From Accumulibacter sp. (GTDB lineage Bacteria; Pseudomonadota; Gammaproteobacteria; Burkholderiales; Rhodocyclaceae), in NCBI GenBank assembly GCA_031290495.1, contig JAITNL010000082.1, positions 1 through 44,814 of the forward strand: 44,814 bases of DNA. The letters are read 5' to 3'. How positions within the stretch are numbered: position 1 is the stretch's first letter; each line of letters begins with the position of its first letter. The notes under the pieces were generated by a model. It searched no databases. It saw only the letters and a program-made list of their open reading frames with translations, and was not told the origin of the DNA. Made by a program: the position numbers and the translations under genes. Positions 33,637-44,767 of this stretch are shown piece by piece.

Positions 33637-35010
33637 GTGATCAGAGTATTCAGTCATTGGATTCATTGGAAAACGACCGTTCAGGTCATTCTGGATATTG
33701 TGTTTCCCGTCGCGTGTGTGGCGCTGGTGGTGATGTTTTTGGGGCTTGACGGGGAAAGCGATCAGGAAACGCTGATCGGTTGCGCGGCAATCTACGCGCT
33801 GGTCATGGTGGTGTTCAATTACTGGCTGGGACTGTATAGCCGGACGAACATACAGAAACGTACCCGCGCGATTTTGTCGATCTATCTTTCGGTGCCCATC
33901 GCCTATAGCGTTTTTACCGTGTTTTCGATGCTCGACGATACGCGTGGGCCGATGCTGTTGTCCGGTCTGGCGGCGTTTTTCGGGACTTTCCTGCACGGTA
34001 TTTATACGGTGTACAGCCGCCGCGCGGGAGGCATCGTAACCAGCCGCGTGCTGATCTTCGGGTCGGGGCCGGACGCGCGAACGGTTGGCAAGATGCTCAA
34101 AAGATCGGCGCCGGATGTTCATGTCGTCGGCTTCTATCCGGGACCGTCGGAGCCTGAAATCTCGGTGCCGGCGAAGTCGCTGCTGTCGCGTTCCAGTTCC
34201 CTGTCGGATACGGCGCATGCGCAAAACGTCAATGAAATCGTCATCGCCGTGCAGGAACGCCGGGGCGGCGTGCTGCCGATGGAAGATTTGCTCAACTGCA
34301 AGTTGTCAGGAATCGCCGTGTTCGATCTGGCGAGTTATTTTGAGCGGGCGCTCGGCCAGATCCGGCTGGATTCGCTGAAAGTCGGCTGGCTGATTTTTGG
34401 TGAAGGTTTCCGCCAGGGGTATTGGCGCGCCTTCGTCAAGCGTGTGTTCGATATTGCGGCGGCATGTATTCTGCTGCTGCTCACTTCGCCGGTGATGTTG
34501 GCGACGGCCTTGCTGATTGTCCTGGAAAATGGTTTTCCGGTTTTTTACACGCAGGAACGCGTCGGTTTCAACGGGCGTCCGTTCAAGGTGGTGAAGTTCC
34601 GCAGTATGCGCCGCGACGCGGAGAGCGACGGCAAGCCGCGCTGGGCCACGGCCAACGACGACCGGATCACCAGGGTAGGGCGGGTCATCCGGAAAGTGCG
34701 CGTCGATGAATTGCCGCAGCTTTACAGCGTGCTGGTGGGGGATATGAGTCTGGTCGGCCCGCGTCCGGAACGGCAGTTTTTCGTGGATAAACTGACGCGC
34801 GACATTCCTTTTTACTCGGTGCGGCACAGTGTCAAGCCGGGCGTGACCGGGTGGGCGCAGGTCAGCTATTCCTACGGGGACTCGGTGGAAGATTCGATCC
34901 AGAAACTCCAGTATGACCTTTACTACGTGAAGAACCATACGCTGTTCCTGGATATCGTGATTCTGTTTGAAACCATTGGCGTGGTGTTGACCGGCAAGGG
35001 CGCGCAATAA
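33637..35010 (+). CDS. Exosortase A/PEP-CTERM system priming glycosyltransferase (EpsB-like, polyprenyl-phosphate sugar transferase)
   Basis: KRVFDI, KFRSMR, DDRITRVG, RVDELPQL, GDMSLVGPRPER, VKPGVTGWAQV, YDLYYVKN. GTG start at 33637 (MIRVFSHW) after GAGG. Confidence 0.92.
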   Translation: MIRVFSHWIHWKTTVQVILDIVFPVACVALVVMFLGLDGESDQETLIGCAAIYALVMVVFNYWLGLYSRTNIQKRTRAILSIYLSVPIAYSVFTVFSMLDDTRGPMLLSGLAAFFGTFLHGIYTVYSRRAGGIVTSRVLIFGSGPDARTVGKMLKRSAPDVHVVGFYPGPSEPEISVPAKSLLSRSSSLSDTAHAQNVNEIVIAVQERRGGVLPMEDLLNCKLSGIAVFDLASYFERALGQIRLDSLKVGWLIFGEGFRQGYWRAFVKRVFDIAAACILLLLTSPVMLATALLIVLENGFPVFYTQERVGFNGRPFKVVKFRSMRRDAESDGKPRWATANDDRITRVGRVIRKVRVDELPQLYSVLVGDMSLVGPRPERQFFVDKLTRDIPFYSVRHSVKPGVTGWAQVSYSYGDSVEDSIQKLQYDLYYVKNHTLFLDIVILFETIGVVLTGKGAQ

Positions 35011-35118
35011 ACAGATGGGACGCCAGACGACGCGCGCCGGAGTTTTGAGCGGACGATCCCTGAGTTTTTCCGGGATATGTTTTTGGCGCGGCGCCCCTGA
35101 AGCGAGGAGATTTTTCCG

Positions 35119-37227
35119 GTGGAAGCAGGTTTGAATACCCTGAACGCCTGGAGTTACGGACTGACCGGTTTCGTCTTTGCGGCTTTCGCCATTTTTCACG
35201 CGGCGGGATGGAAAACCAGTCTGCGCAGCCGAACCTTGTTTCTGGCCGTGGTTTTGAGCGCTCTGTGGGGTGTCTTCAGTCTGGCCTTTGCATTGACGGG
35301 GTACGCGCTTTTTCTGGCGAGCAGCCTGTTTTTCGATCTGTTGCGCTACGGCGCGTGGTTTTGCTTCCTGCTCGTCCTGTTGCTGCCGGATGGATCTGCC
35401 GCGCATAAATCGTCTTTACGCTGGAATTTGCTGGCCTCGGTCGGCCTGGTGTTGCTGGCGATCGGCGTTATCGCGCAGGCGCTGGCGGTCTTCAATATCG
35501 GTTTGTGGTTTCCGCCGCGGCGCGTCGCGTTGCTCGACGCGCTGGCGGTGAGCGTGTTTGCCCTGGTGTTGCTCGAACAATTGTGGCGCAACGTCAACCT
35601 TGAACTGCGCTGGAGCATCAAACCGCTGTGTCTGGGTCTGGGCGGGGCGATATTGTTCGACCTTTATCTCTTTTCCGACGCGCTGCTTTTTGGCCGGATA
35701 GATAACGACGCGTTCAGCATTCGCGGTTTCGCGCATACCCTGACGGTTCCGCTGGTGGCGCTGTCCACTTCGCGCAGCAAGGATTGGAAAAAACGTCTGG
35801 TGCTGTCGCAACGCGCCGCCTTGCAATCGGCATCGCTGGTCGCCGTCGGCGTTTACTTGGTGTTCATGTCGGTGGCCGGCTACTACGTGCGTTATTTCGG
35901 CGGCGAATGGGGACGCGCCTTGCAGTTGGCGCTGCTTTTTTCCGCGCTGCTGCTCTTGGGAATCCTCGGTCTGTCGGGCGCGCTGCGGGCGAAGTTCAGG
36001 GTATTGATCGGCAAACACTTTTTCAGCTACCGCTACGACTACCGCGAGGAGTGGCTGCGGTTTACCAACGCGCTGTCCGCGCCGGACGATTCCACCGAAA
36101 TGGGACGGCATGTGATCAAGGGACTCGCCAATATGGTCGAGAGTCCGGCAGGCTCGCTCTGGCTGAAGGACTCGTCCAGACGTTTCTACGCGCAGTCGAC
36201 GTGCTGGAACGTGCCGGAGACTGCGCTTACGGAGGATGTCGACAGCCGTCTTTGCGTGTTTTTGACGGACAGCGGCTGGATCGTCAATCTGGAAGAATAC
36301 CGGGTGGCGCCGCACCGTTACACCGATCTGGAACTGCCCGCCTGGCTCATCGAGGCGCCTGACGCGTGGCTGGTCATCCCCCTTCCGACGGGAAGCGAAA
36401 TGATCGGATTCGTGATCCTGGCGACGGCGCGCACCGCGATGGAGGTGAATTGGGAAGTCAACGATCTGCTCAAGACCGCCGGGCGGCAGGCTGGCGCTTT
36501 TCTCGGACAGACGCGCGCGGCGGAGGCTTTGCTCGAAGCGCGCAAATTCGACGCCTTCAATCGCATGTCGGCCTTCGTGGTGCACGACTTGAAGAATATC
36601 GTCGCGCAATTGTCGCTGATGCTGAAAAACGCCGAGCGCCACCGGGACAACCCGGAATTTCAGCAGGATATGTTGATGACCGTCGAACACGCGGTCGAGC
36701 GGATGCGCCAGTTGATGATGCAGTTGCGCGAGGGGGCGACGCCGCTGGATAGCCCGCGCGGCATTGACCTCGGCGCGGTGATCCGGCGCATCCAGGCGGC
36801 CAAATCGCGTCAGGGACGCGAGATCGAGATCGACCTGGCCGACAAACTCGTCGCCAAGGGGCATGAGGATCGGGTGGAACGGGTCATCGGTCATGTCGTG
36901 CAGAACGCGCTGGACGCGACGGAGCAGGGCGGGCAAGTGCGGGTCAGAATGGAGAAACGCGACGGAAACGCCGCTGTCCTGGTGCGCGATACGGGACACG
37001 GCATGAGTCCGGAATTTTTGCGCGAACGCCTGTTCAAACCGTTCCAGACCACCAAACCGGCGGGAATGGGAATCGGCGCGTATGAAAGCTTCCAGTACGT
37101 ACACGAACTCGGTGGAAAGATATCGGTCGATAGCGAGGTCAATGTCGGTACGCAAGTCAGTTTATTGCTACCATTGTTCGACGTGAGAAGCGACGAAGTA
37201 TCTCCAGATGAGGGAATTTCCGCATGA
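35119..37227 (+). CDS. prsK: PEP-CTERM system histidine kinase PrsK
   Basis: Multi-TM N-terminus, KHFFSYRYDYREEWLRF, H-box AFVVHDLKN, QNALDA, DTGHGM, FKPFQTTK, GMGIG. Confidence 0.93.
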   Translation: MEAGLNTLNAWSYGLTGFVFAAFAIFHAAGWKTSLRSRTLFLAVVLSALWGVFSLAFALTGYALFLASSLFFDLLRYGAWFCFLLVLLLPDGSAAHKSSLRWNLLASVGLVLLAIGVIAQALAVFNIGLWFPPRRVALLDALAVSVFALVLLEQLWRNVNLELRWSIKPLCLGLGGAILFDLYLFSDALLFGRIDNDAFSIRGFAHTLTVPLVALSTSRSKDWKKRLVLSQRAALQSASLVAVGVYLVFMSVAGYYVRYFGGEWGRALQLALLFSALLLLGILGLSGALRAKFRVLIGKHFFSYRYDYREEWLRFTNALSAPDDSTEMGRHVIKGLANMVESPAGSLWLKDSSRRFYAQSTCWNVPETALTEDVDSRLCVFLTDSGWIVNLEEYRVAPHRYTDLELPAWLIEAPDAWLVIPLPTGSEMIGFVILATARTAMEVNWEVNDLLKTAGRQAGAFLGQTRAAEALLEARKFDAFNRMSAFVVHDLKNIVAQLSLMLKNAERHRDNPEFQQDMLMTVEHAVERMRQLMMQLREGATPLDSPRGIDLGAVIRRIQAAKSRQGREIEIDLADKLVAKGHEDRVERVIGHVVQNALDATEQGGQVRVRMEKRDGNAAVLVRDTGHGMSPEFLRERLFKPFQTTKPAGMGIGAYESFQYVHELGGKISVDSEVNVGTQVSLLLPLFDVRSDEVSPDEGISA

Positions 37228-38582
37228 GTGCCGAAAAGCAACGGCCATTATTGATCGTCGAGGACGATCCGGCGTTGCAGAAACAGTTGCGCTGGGCGTT
37301 AGACCAGTACGAAACCCTGACCGCGAGCGATCGCGAGAGCGCCTTGACGATGATTCGCCGCTACCGTCCGCCGGTAGTGACCATGGATCTGGGTTTGCCG
37401 CCGGATGCCGATTCGGTTTCGGAAGGGTTCAAGCTGCTCGAAGACACGCTGTCCATCGCGCCGGAAACGAAAATCATCGTCCTGACCGGGCAAGACGATC
37501 GCGGCAACGCTTTGCGGGCGGTCGCCCTGGGCGCCTACGATTTCTTCGCCAAGCCGTTCGAGATCGAGATGCTGGGGCTGACGATCGAGCGCGCGTATCG
37601 TTTGTACGACCTGCAACAGGAAAACATCCGCCTGCAACTGATGCATCAGCCGGACGTGCTCGCCGGGCTGATTACGCGCGATCCGCAAATGCTGCGCGTC
37701 TGCCGCACCGTCGAAAAAGTCGCCGTGAGCGACGTGACGGTGCTGATTCTCGGCGAGAGCGGTACCGGCAAGGAACTGATCGCGCGTGGCGTCCATGCCG
37801 CTTCGCCGCGGCGCAAGGAACGTTTTATCGCCATCAACTGCGCGGCGATCCCGGACAACTTGCTGGAAAGCGAACTTTTCGGCTACGAGAAAGGCGCGTT
37901 TACCGGCGCGGTCAAAACGACGCTCGGCAAGATCGAAGTGGCGAGCGGCGGTACGCTGATGCTCGACGAAATCGGCGATTTGCCGATGGCGTTACAGGCC
38001 AAGCTGCTGCGTTTTTTGCAGGAACGCGTCATCGAGCGCATCGGCGGGCGTCAGGAAATTCCGGTCGACGTGCGCATCGTCTGCGCGACGCATCAGGATC
38101 CGATGGCCTCGATCAAGGAAGGCCGGTTCCGCGAAGACCTGTATTACCGCCTCGCCGAAATCGTCGTCACGCTGCCCCCACTGCGCGACCGGCAGGGCGA
38201 CGCGGCGCTGCTTGCGTATGCTTTCACGCGCCGTTTCGCCGACGAATACAAGCGCGGCGGCATGAGCTTGCGCGAAGACGCGATCCGCGCGATCGAAAAA
38301 CATCGCTGGCCGGGCAACGTGCGCGAGCTGGAAAATTGCGTCAAGCGGGCGGTGATCATGGCCGACGGCAGCCAGATCACGCTGGACGACATCGGGCTTG
38401 GCGCGGACGCGGACGAAGAAGAGATCGTGCTCGATCTGCGGCGCGCGCGCGAGGAGGCCGAAAAGCGTGTCATCATCGCGGCGCTGGGGCGCGCCGACGG
38501 CAATGTGCTGCGCGCTGCCGAAATACTCGGCCTCAGCCGGCCAACTTTATATGACCTGATGCATCGGCACGGGCTAAAATAA
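37224..38582 (+). CDS. prsR: PEP-CTERM-box sigma54-dependent response regulator PrsR
   Basis: Receiver domain (IVEDD, DLGLPP), GESGTGKE, GAFTGA, LDEIG, C-terminal HTH SRPTLYDL. Confidence 0.93.
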   Translation: MSAEKQRPLLIVEDDPALQKQLRWALDQYETLTASDRESALTMIRRYRPPVVTMDLGLPPDADSVSEGFKLLEDTLSIAPETKIIVLTGQDDRGNALRAVALGAYDFFAKPFEIEMLGLTIERAYRLYDLQQENIRLQLMHQPDVLAGLITRDPQMLRVCRTVEKVAVSDVTVLILGESGTGKELIARGVHAASPRRKERFIAINCAAIPDNLLESELFGYEKGAFTGAVKTTLGKIEVASGGTLMLDEIGDLPMALQAKLLRFLQERVIERIGGRQEIPVDVRIVCATHQDPMASIKEGRFREDLYYRLAEIVVTLPPLRDRQGDAALLAYAFTRRFADEYKRGGMSLREDAIRAIEKHRWPGNVRELENCVKRAVIMADGSQITLDDIGLGADADEEEIVLDLRRAREEAEKRVIIAALGRADGNVLRAAEILGLSRPTLYDLMHRHGLK

Positions 38583-38622
38583 CAACTTTTCCCGAATAAA
38601 CGGCTTTTTGATTGGGGTTCTC

Positions 38623-41415
38623 ATGAAAAACTGGAACATGACGGCTTGTAAAAAAACGCTTTCGACTTTGCTGGTGACGGTGTTGCTGACCGCTTGCGGC
38701 AGCGATAGTCCGGAAACCATGCTCGCTTCCGCCAAGGATTATCTGGCGAAAAACAACGCCAACGCGGCGGTGATTCAATTGAAAAACGCGTTGCAGGTCC
38801 AACCCGATCTGGCCGAAGCGCGGTTTCTGTTGGGCAAGGTGTTGCTGGAGCAGGGCAGTGTCGCTGGTGCCGAGGTGGAATTGCGCAAGGCGGCCGCGGC
38901 GAAATACGCGGCTGATCAGGTGATTCCGCTCCAGGCGCAAGCCTTGCTGCTGCTCGGTCAGGCCAAAAAAGTCACCGACGATTTCAGCGCCGCGCGGTTG
39001 ACCGACGCGGATAGCCAGGCGGACTTGCAGACCACGGTCGGCAATGCTTACCTGGCGCAGGGCAAGGCCGACGCGGCAAAGACGGCTTTCGACAACGCGC
39101 TGTCGATTGTTTCCGGCTACGCTCCGGCGCTGTTGGGACAGGCCCGGCTGATGGCGTCCGGCCGCGATGTCAGCGGCGCCCTGGCGCAGCTTGAAGCGAT
39201 GCTGGAAAAAAATCCCCAATTCTACGAAGCCAGCCAACTCAAGGGCGATCTTCTGGCGTTCGACGGTAAAACCGAAGAAGCGCTGGGACTCTATCGCCAG
39301 GTCCTCGAACGCAAGCCGGATTACCTGCCGGCGCATGTGTCGCTGATTACGCGCCAGATGGAGTCCGGCCAGCTCGACGAAGCGGCCAGACTGTTCGATG
39401 CGATGCGTCGTATTTCGCCGGCGAGTCCGCAAACGGTCTATGTCCGGGCGGAACTCCTGTACCGGCAGAAAAAATTCAGCGAAGCGCGCGAGGCCGCGCA
39501 GCAATTTCTGCGCGTGATTCCGGACAGCATGCCGGGGCAGCAACTGGCGGGCGCCATCGAGTTTGAACTCGGTGCGTATGCCAACGCCGAGCGCTATTTG
39601 CAGTCGGTTCTTCCGAAAGTACCCCGGCTGGGCGTCGCGCGCCGGATCCTGATTGCTTCGTACCTGCGCAGCGGGCAAGCCGCCAAAGCGCTCGACGTAT
39701 TGCGCCCGATCCTGAACGAAATCGACAACAATTCAAACCTGCTGGCGCTGGCTGGCGAAGTGTTCATGCAGAACGGCGACGCCGGGAAAGCTGGCGTTTA
39801 TTTCACCAAAGCCGCCGCGTTGGACCCGGAAAACACGAGCAAGCAGACGGCGGTCGCGCTCACGCGGCTGGCCCAGGGGGAAACCGGGACGGCCTACGAG
39901 GCGCTGGAAAAAATCGCCGCGGCCGATACCGGCATCCGCGCGGACATGGCGCTGATCGCCTCGCAGCTGCAAGAACGCAAGTTCGACCAGGCGCTGAAGT
40001 CCATCGCCGCGCTGGAGAAAAAGCGCGCGGACGACGCGTCACTCGCTCCGCTGATCGACAATTTGCGTGGCACCGCGTTGCTCGGCAAGCGCGACGCGGT
40101 CGGCGCGTGGGCGAGTTTTGAAAGCGCCTTGCGCAAAAATCCCGAATATTTCCCGGCAATCGCCAATCTGGCGCGGCTCGATATGGCGCTCAAAAAACCC
40201 GACGACGCGAAAAAACGTTTCCGTGACGTGCTGAGCAGAAATCCAAAAAGTTCGCTGGCGCTGCTCTCACTGGCCGAACTGGAAGCGCGCACTGGCGGCA
40301 AGAAGGACGACGTGGTGGCGCTGATCGACAGGTCCGTGGCCGCGAATCCCAACGACTTGGCGTCACGGTTGGCGCTGATCAACTTCCACCTCGGCGCGAA
40401 GGATCCGGGAAAAGCCGTGACGGCGGCGCAGGACGCGCTGGTGGTTTTGCCCGACGATCCGGCGCTGATGGACGCCGAAGGCAAGGCGCAGCAGGCGGCT
40501 GGCAACTACAACCAGGCGCTGACGATCTACGCCAGGCTGTCGGAGCGGAATCCCAAGGCGATCCAGCCTTACCTGCGCATGGCTGAGATCCACGTGGCGG
40601 CGAAAAACAAGGACGCCGCGATGCAAAGTCTGCGCAAGGCGCTGTCGATCAAAAACGATTCGATCGAGGCGCAGCGCGGCACGATCATGCTCGATCTGGA
40701 CGCCGGGCGCGTTGCGAACGCCGTCGCCACCGCCCGCAACATTCAGCGGCAGTATCCCCGGAATCCGATTGGCTTCATGCTGGAAGGCGATTCCTACGCC
40801 GTGGGCAAAACGTGGAAGGAGGCGGCCAACGCTTACCGGAACGGGATCAAGCAGACCGGCGCGGTCGAACTGGCGCTGGGGCTTCACGCCGTGCTGTTGG
40901 CGCAGAACGTCCCCGGCGAAGCCGACAAGTTTGCCGCCGCCTGGCTGAAGGAACATCCCAAGGATCAACGCTTCCGCCTGTATCTTGCCGAATCGGCCAC
41001 CGCGCGCAAGAATTATCCGGCGGCGATCCGGCACTATCAAACCTTGCTGGACAGTCAGCCCGACAATCCCGCGCTGTTGAACAATCTGGCTTGGGTAATG
41101 GCGCAGGGCAAGGAGCCAAAGGCGCTCGAACTGGCGGAAAAAGCCTACCGGCTGGCGCCCGATCAGGCGAACATCGCCGACACCCTCGGTTCCTTGCTGG
41201 CAGCCAAAGGCGATCTCGGTCGGGGGATCGAATTATTGAAACAGGCGCATTCACTCGCGCCGGACAATCCGATGATCCAGTTCAATCTTGCCAACGCGTT
41301 CCTGAAGGCCGGCAACAACGCCGACGCCAAATCGCTGTTCATTGAACTGTCGATGCTGGGCGACCGCTTTTCCAGAAGCCGTGAGGTCAGCGAACTGTTG
41401 CAGGGGTTGCGGTAA
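38623..41415 (+). CDS. prsT: PEP-CTERM system TPR-repeat lipoprotein PrsT
   Basis: Lipobox LLTAC, AVIQLKNALQ...ARFLLG, many TPRs, LLNNLAW...DTLG. Follows prsKR. Confidence 0.92.
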   Translation: MKNWNMTACKKTLSTLLVTVLLTACGSDSPETMLASAKDYLAKNNANAAVIQLKNALQVQPDLAEARFLLGKVLLEQGSVAGAEVELRKAAAAKYAADQVIPLQAQALLLLGQAKKVTDDFSAARLTDADSQADLQTTVGNAYLAQGKADAAKTAFDNALSIVSGYAPALLGQARLMASGRDVSGALAQLEAMLEKNPQFYEASQLKGDLLAFDGKTEEALGLYRQVLERKPDYLPAHVSLITRQMESGQLDEAARLFDAMRRISPASPQTVYVRAELLYRQKKFSEAREAAQQFLRVIPDSMPGQQLAGAIEFELGAYANAERYLQSVLPKVPRLGVARRILIASYLRSGQAAKALDVLRPILNEIDNNSNLLALAGEVFMQNGDAGKAGVYFTKAAALDPENTSKQTAVALTRLAQGETGTAYEALEKIAAADTGIRADMALIASQLQERKFDQALKSIAALEKKRADDASLAPLIDNLRGTALLGKRDAVGAWASFESALRKNPEYFPAIANLARLDMALKKPDDAKKRFRDVLSRNPKSSLALLSLAELEARTGGKKDDVVALIDRSVAANPNDLASRLALINFHLGAKDPGKAVTAAQDALVVLPDDPALMDAEGKAQQAAGNYNQALTIYARLSERNPKAIQPYLRMAEIHVAAKNKDAAMQSLRKALSIKNDSIEAQRGTIMLDLDAGRVANAVATARNIQRQYPRNPIGFMLEGDSYAVGKTWKEAANAYRNGIKQTGAVELALGLHAVLLAQNVPGEADKFAAAWLKEHPKDQRFRLYLAESATARKNYPAAIRHYQTLLDSQPDNPALLNNLAWVMAQGKEPKALELAEKAYRLAPDQANIADTLGSLLAAKGDLGRGIELLKQAHSLAPDNPMIQFNLANAFLKAGNNADAKSLFIELSMLGDRFSRSREVSELLQGLR

Positions 41416-41428
41416 CGACGAAAGGAAA

Positions 41429-42715
41429 ATGGCCATGACGACTGTCGCCGTAGTGGGATTGGGCTATGTGGGTTTGCCGCTGGCCGTTGAGTTCGGCAAA
41501 AAATGGCGGACGCTCGGTTTTGATCTGTCGGCGGGCAAGATTGCCCACTATCGGAATTTCGTCGATCCCACCGGCGAAGTTGACGGTGACGATCTGTGCG
41601 CGGCGGCGTATCTCGAATTTTGGAACGACGCCGACGTGCTGGCGGAAGCCGATTTCGTCGTGGTGGCGGTGCCGACGCCCGTCGACGCCGCGCATCAGCC
41701 GGATTTCGGCCCGCTGATCGGCGCGTCGAAGTGCGTCGGGAAGAATCTGAAACGCGGCGCGACCGTGGTTTTTGAGTCGACGGTCTACCCCGGCGCGACC
41801 GAAGAAGTCTGTATCCCGATCATCGAGCTGGAATCCGGACTGCAATGGAAGCGGGATTTTTTCGTCGGCTATTCGCCTGAACGCATCAATCCTGGCGACA
41901 AGAAACGCACGCTGACCAAAATCATCAAGGTCGTTTCCGGCGACACTCCGGAAACCCTCGAACGTGTCCGGAAAATGTACGCCAGCATTGTCGGCGCTGG
42001 CGTGTATCCAGCGTCGAGCATCAAGGTCGCCGAAGCGGCCAAGGTCATCGAAAACACGCAGCGCGACCTGAACATCGCCCTGATGAACGAGTTGGCCATC
42101 ATTTTCGACCGGATCGGCATCGACACGCTGGAAGTGCTCCAGGCGGCGGGAACCAAATGGAACTTCCTGCCGTTCCGGCCAGGACTGGTCGGCGGTCATT
42201 GCATCGGCGTCGACCCTTACTATTTGACGTACAAGGCGGAGATGCTCGGCTACCACCCGGAAGTCATCGTGGCGGGACGCCGGATCAACGACGAAATGGG
42301 CAAGTTCATCGCCGAACAAACGATCAAGAATCTGGTGCGCAAGGGCTGGAAAATCAAGGACGCGCCGATCATCGTGCTGGGACTGACCTTCAAGGAAGAT
42401 TGCCCGGACCTGCGCAACTCACGCGTGATCGACGTGATCCGCGAATTGCAGTCCTATAGCACGCGCGTGTTCGTGCACGAACCCGTGGCGGACGCTGCCG
42501 AGGCCAAACGTGAGTATGGCGTCGAGCTGACGTCCTGGGAAGAATTGCCGCCAGCGGCAGCGATTGTCGTTGCCGTGGCGCACCAGACGTTTCGTGAGCG
42601 TCCCATTGCCGATTACGTGGAAAAATTGCAGCCGGACGGCGTCCTGACCGACGTGAAAAGCGTGTTCGACGCGGCGCTGCTGGAAGAGCGGGGCGTTACC
42701 GTGTGGCGTTTATGA
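41429..42715 (+). CDS. UDP-N-acetylhexosamine C6 dehydrogenase (WbpO/TviB family)
   Basis: [65 protein letters not shown]. Confidence 0.93.
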   Translation: MAMTTVAVVGLGYVGLPLAVEFGKKWRTLGFDLSAGKIAHYRNFVDPTGEVDGDDLCAAAYLEFWNDADVLAEADFVVVAVPTPVDAAHQPDFGPLIGASKCVGKNLKRGATVVFESTVYPGATEEVCIPIIELESGLQWKRDFFVGYSPERINPGDKKRTLTKIIKVVSGDTPETLERVRKMYASIVGAGVYPASSIKVAEAAKVIENTQRDLNIALMNELAIIFDRIGIDTLEVLQAAGTKWNFLPFRPGLVGGHCIGVDPYYLTYKAEMLGYHPEVIVAGRRINDEMGKFIAEQTIKNLVRKGWKIKDAPIIVLGLTFKEDCPDLRNSRVIDVIRELQSYSTRVFVHEPVADAAEAKREYGVELTSWEELPPAAAIVVAVAHQTFRERPIADYVEKLQPDGVLTDVKSVFDAALLEERGVTVWRL

Positions 42716-43749
42716 GCGTCTACGAGCGGCTGCGACAAACCCTGCCGACGCAGTCGGCGCGCTGGCTGGTCACCGGCTGCGCTGGTTTTATCGGATCGCA
42801 TCTTCTCGAAAGTCTGCTCAAACTCGAGCAAACGGTGGTCGGGCTGGATAATTTCGCGACGGGCTGCGCGCGCAATCTCGACGAGGTTCGTGACGCGGTG
42901 ACGCCGGCGCAATGGCTGAAATTCGTGTTCATCGAAGGCGACATCCGGCAGCCCGGCGATTGCCGCGCGGCGTGTCAGAAAATCGATTGCGTCCTGCATC
43001 AGGCGGCCTTGGGATCGGTGCCGCGCTCGCTGGCCGATCCGCAAACGACCAACGCGGCGAATGTCGACGGTTTTCTCAACATGCTGGTGGCGTCCAGGGA
43101 CGCCGGGGTGAAACGTTTCGTCTACGCCGCTTCGAGTTCGACGTATGGCGATCATCCGGTTCTGCCCAAGATTGAGGAGAACATTGGCCGTCCGCTCTCG
43201 CCCTATGCCGTGACCAAACTGGTCAACGAGTTATACGCCGACGTATTTGGCCGCTGTTATGGTCTGGCGACGATTGGCTTGCGTTACTTCAACGTCTTCG
43301 GCCCGCGTCAGGACCCGGAAGGCGCTTACGCCGCGGTGATTCCGTGCTGGATGCGGGCGATGCTGCTGGGCGGCGAGGCGTCGATCAACGGCGACGGGGA
43401 AACGAGCCGCGACTTCTGTTTCGTGGCCAACGTCGTGCAGGCCAATCTTCTGGCGGCGACGACCGAAAATCCTGAAGCGGTCAACCAGATCTACAACGTC
43501 GCGCTCAACGAGCGTCATTCCCTGAACACACTGTTCGGGATGCTGCGCGACGCCTTGTTGGTTCATCGTCCCGATTTTCGCGTGGGCGAACCAGCTTACC
43601 GCGATTTTCGCGCTGGCGACGTTTGCCATTCGCAGGCCGACATCACCAAAGCCGCGCGGCTGCTCGGTTACGCGCCAACGCACCGGCTGGCCGATGGCAT
43701 CCGCGAAGCCATGCCCTGGTATCTGGCGCGGTTTTCACCGGCGGCCTGA
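42712..43749 (+). CDS. UDP-GlcNAc(A) 4-epimerase (WbpP/TviC family SDR)
   Basis: [33 protein letters not shown] (YxxxK), [12 protein letters not shown]. Confidence 0.93.
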   Translation: MSVYERLRQTLPTQSARWLVTGCAGFIGSHLLESLLKLEQTVVGLDNFATGCARNLDEVRDAVTPAQWLKFVFIEGDIRQPGDCRAACQKIDCVLHQAALGSVPRSLADPQTTNAANVDGFLNMLVASRDAGVKRFVYAASSSTYGDHPVLPKIEENIGRPLSPYAVTKLVNELYADVFGRCYGLATIGLRYFNVFGPRQDPEGAYAAVIPCWMRAMLLGGEASINGDGETSRDFCFVANVVQANLLAATTENPEAVNQIYNVALNERHSLNTLFGMLRDALLVHRPDFRVGEPAYRDFRAGDVCHSQADITKAARLLGYAPTHRLADGIREAMPWYLARFSPAA

Positions 43750-43751
43750 TT

Positions 43752-44672
43752 GTGACGGCACACCACCGCGCCAGGTCTCGCCAGCTCGTGGCGGCGCTGA
43801 CCTGGCTGACCCTCACGCCGCTTTGTTTCTCCTTGCGCGCGTCGGAAAGTCTCATTCCCAAACTCAGTCCGGAAGTGCTGGACTTATTGCGTCTGGAAGC
43901 GCGTTCCCACGAGCACGGAGAAGGCGTTCCCGTTGATGCTGAACGCGCGGTCAGTCTGTATTGCGACGGCGCGCGCCACGGCGACGCCGAGGCGCAATAC
44001 AGTCTGGGCTGGATGTACGCCAACGGGCGCGGCGTCGAGCGCAGCGACGATTTAGCCTCGGCGTTCTTTCAGCTTGCCGCGCGGCAGGGGCACGAACAGT
44101 CCCGAAAAATGCTGCGCTTCGTCGGCGCGGCGGCGGCGCCATTGCCCGAGTGCATGAATCCGAAAAAGCCTGTCGAAGACGATTTCGCGCTCAACCTGGA
44201 CAATCCGATGCAGCGCTGGGTATTTGGTCTGGTGCGCAAGTTGGCGCCAGAATACGGTGTCAGCCCGAAACTGGCGATGGCCGTGATTCGCGTGGAATCG
44301 AATTTCGAGCCAGGCGCGATTTCAGCGAAAAACGCGCAGGGTCTGATGCAATTGATTCCCGAAACCTCGGCGCGTTTCAATGTCCGGCGGCCGTTCGATC
44401 CCGAACAGAACATCCGTGGCGGAATGGCATATCTGCGTTGGTTGCTGGCGTATTTTGAGGGCAGCGTTCCCCTGACCGCCGCCGCGTACAACGCGGGGGA
44501 GGGCGCGGTCAACCGCTATCGCGGCATCCCGCCGTATGCCGAAACGCTGGACTACGTGATTCGGATACTGCGTCTGTTCCAGAAAAACGAGCACCCGTTC
44601 GATCCCAGAGTCACCGCTCCTTCGCCGGAACTTCCGCGTATTCGCGCCAGCGCCAACAGGCGTCGGGGCTGA
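43752..44672 (+). CDS. Sel1-repeat plus SLT lytic transglycosylase
   Basis: Sel1 motif AQYSLGWMYANGRGV. SLT motifs IRVESNF, GLMQL and AAYNAG. Start uncertain (GTG 43752 or 43788). Confidence 0.88.
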   Translation: MTAHHRARSRQLVAALTWLTLTPLCFSLRASESLIPKLSPEVLDLLRLEARSHEHGEGVPVDAERAVSLYCDGARHGDAEAQYSLGWMYANGRGVERSDDLASAFFQLAARQGHEQSRKMLRFVGAAAAPLPECMNPKKPVEDDFALNLDNPMQRWVFGLVRKLAPEYGVSPKLAMAVIRVESNFEPGAISAKNAQGLMQLIPETSARFNVRRPFDPEQNIRGGMAYLRWLLAYFEGSVPLTAAAYNAGEGAVNRYRGIPPYAETLDYVIRILRLFQKNEHPFDPRVTAPSPELPRIRASANRRRG

Positions 44673-44767
44673 TTTTTGAAGGCGACAGTCAAAATAATGG
44701 TAGAAAAACCGTGGATAAGCCAGACTACGCCGCCGCGCGGCTTGTCCAAACGCGCGCCTACCCTGAA

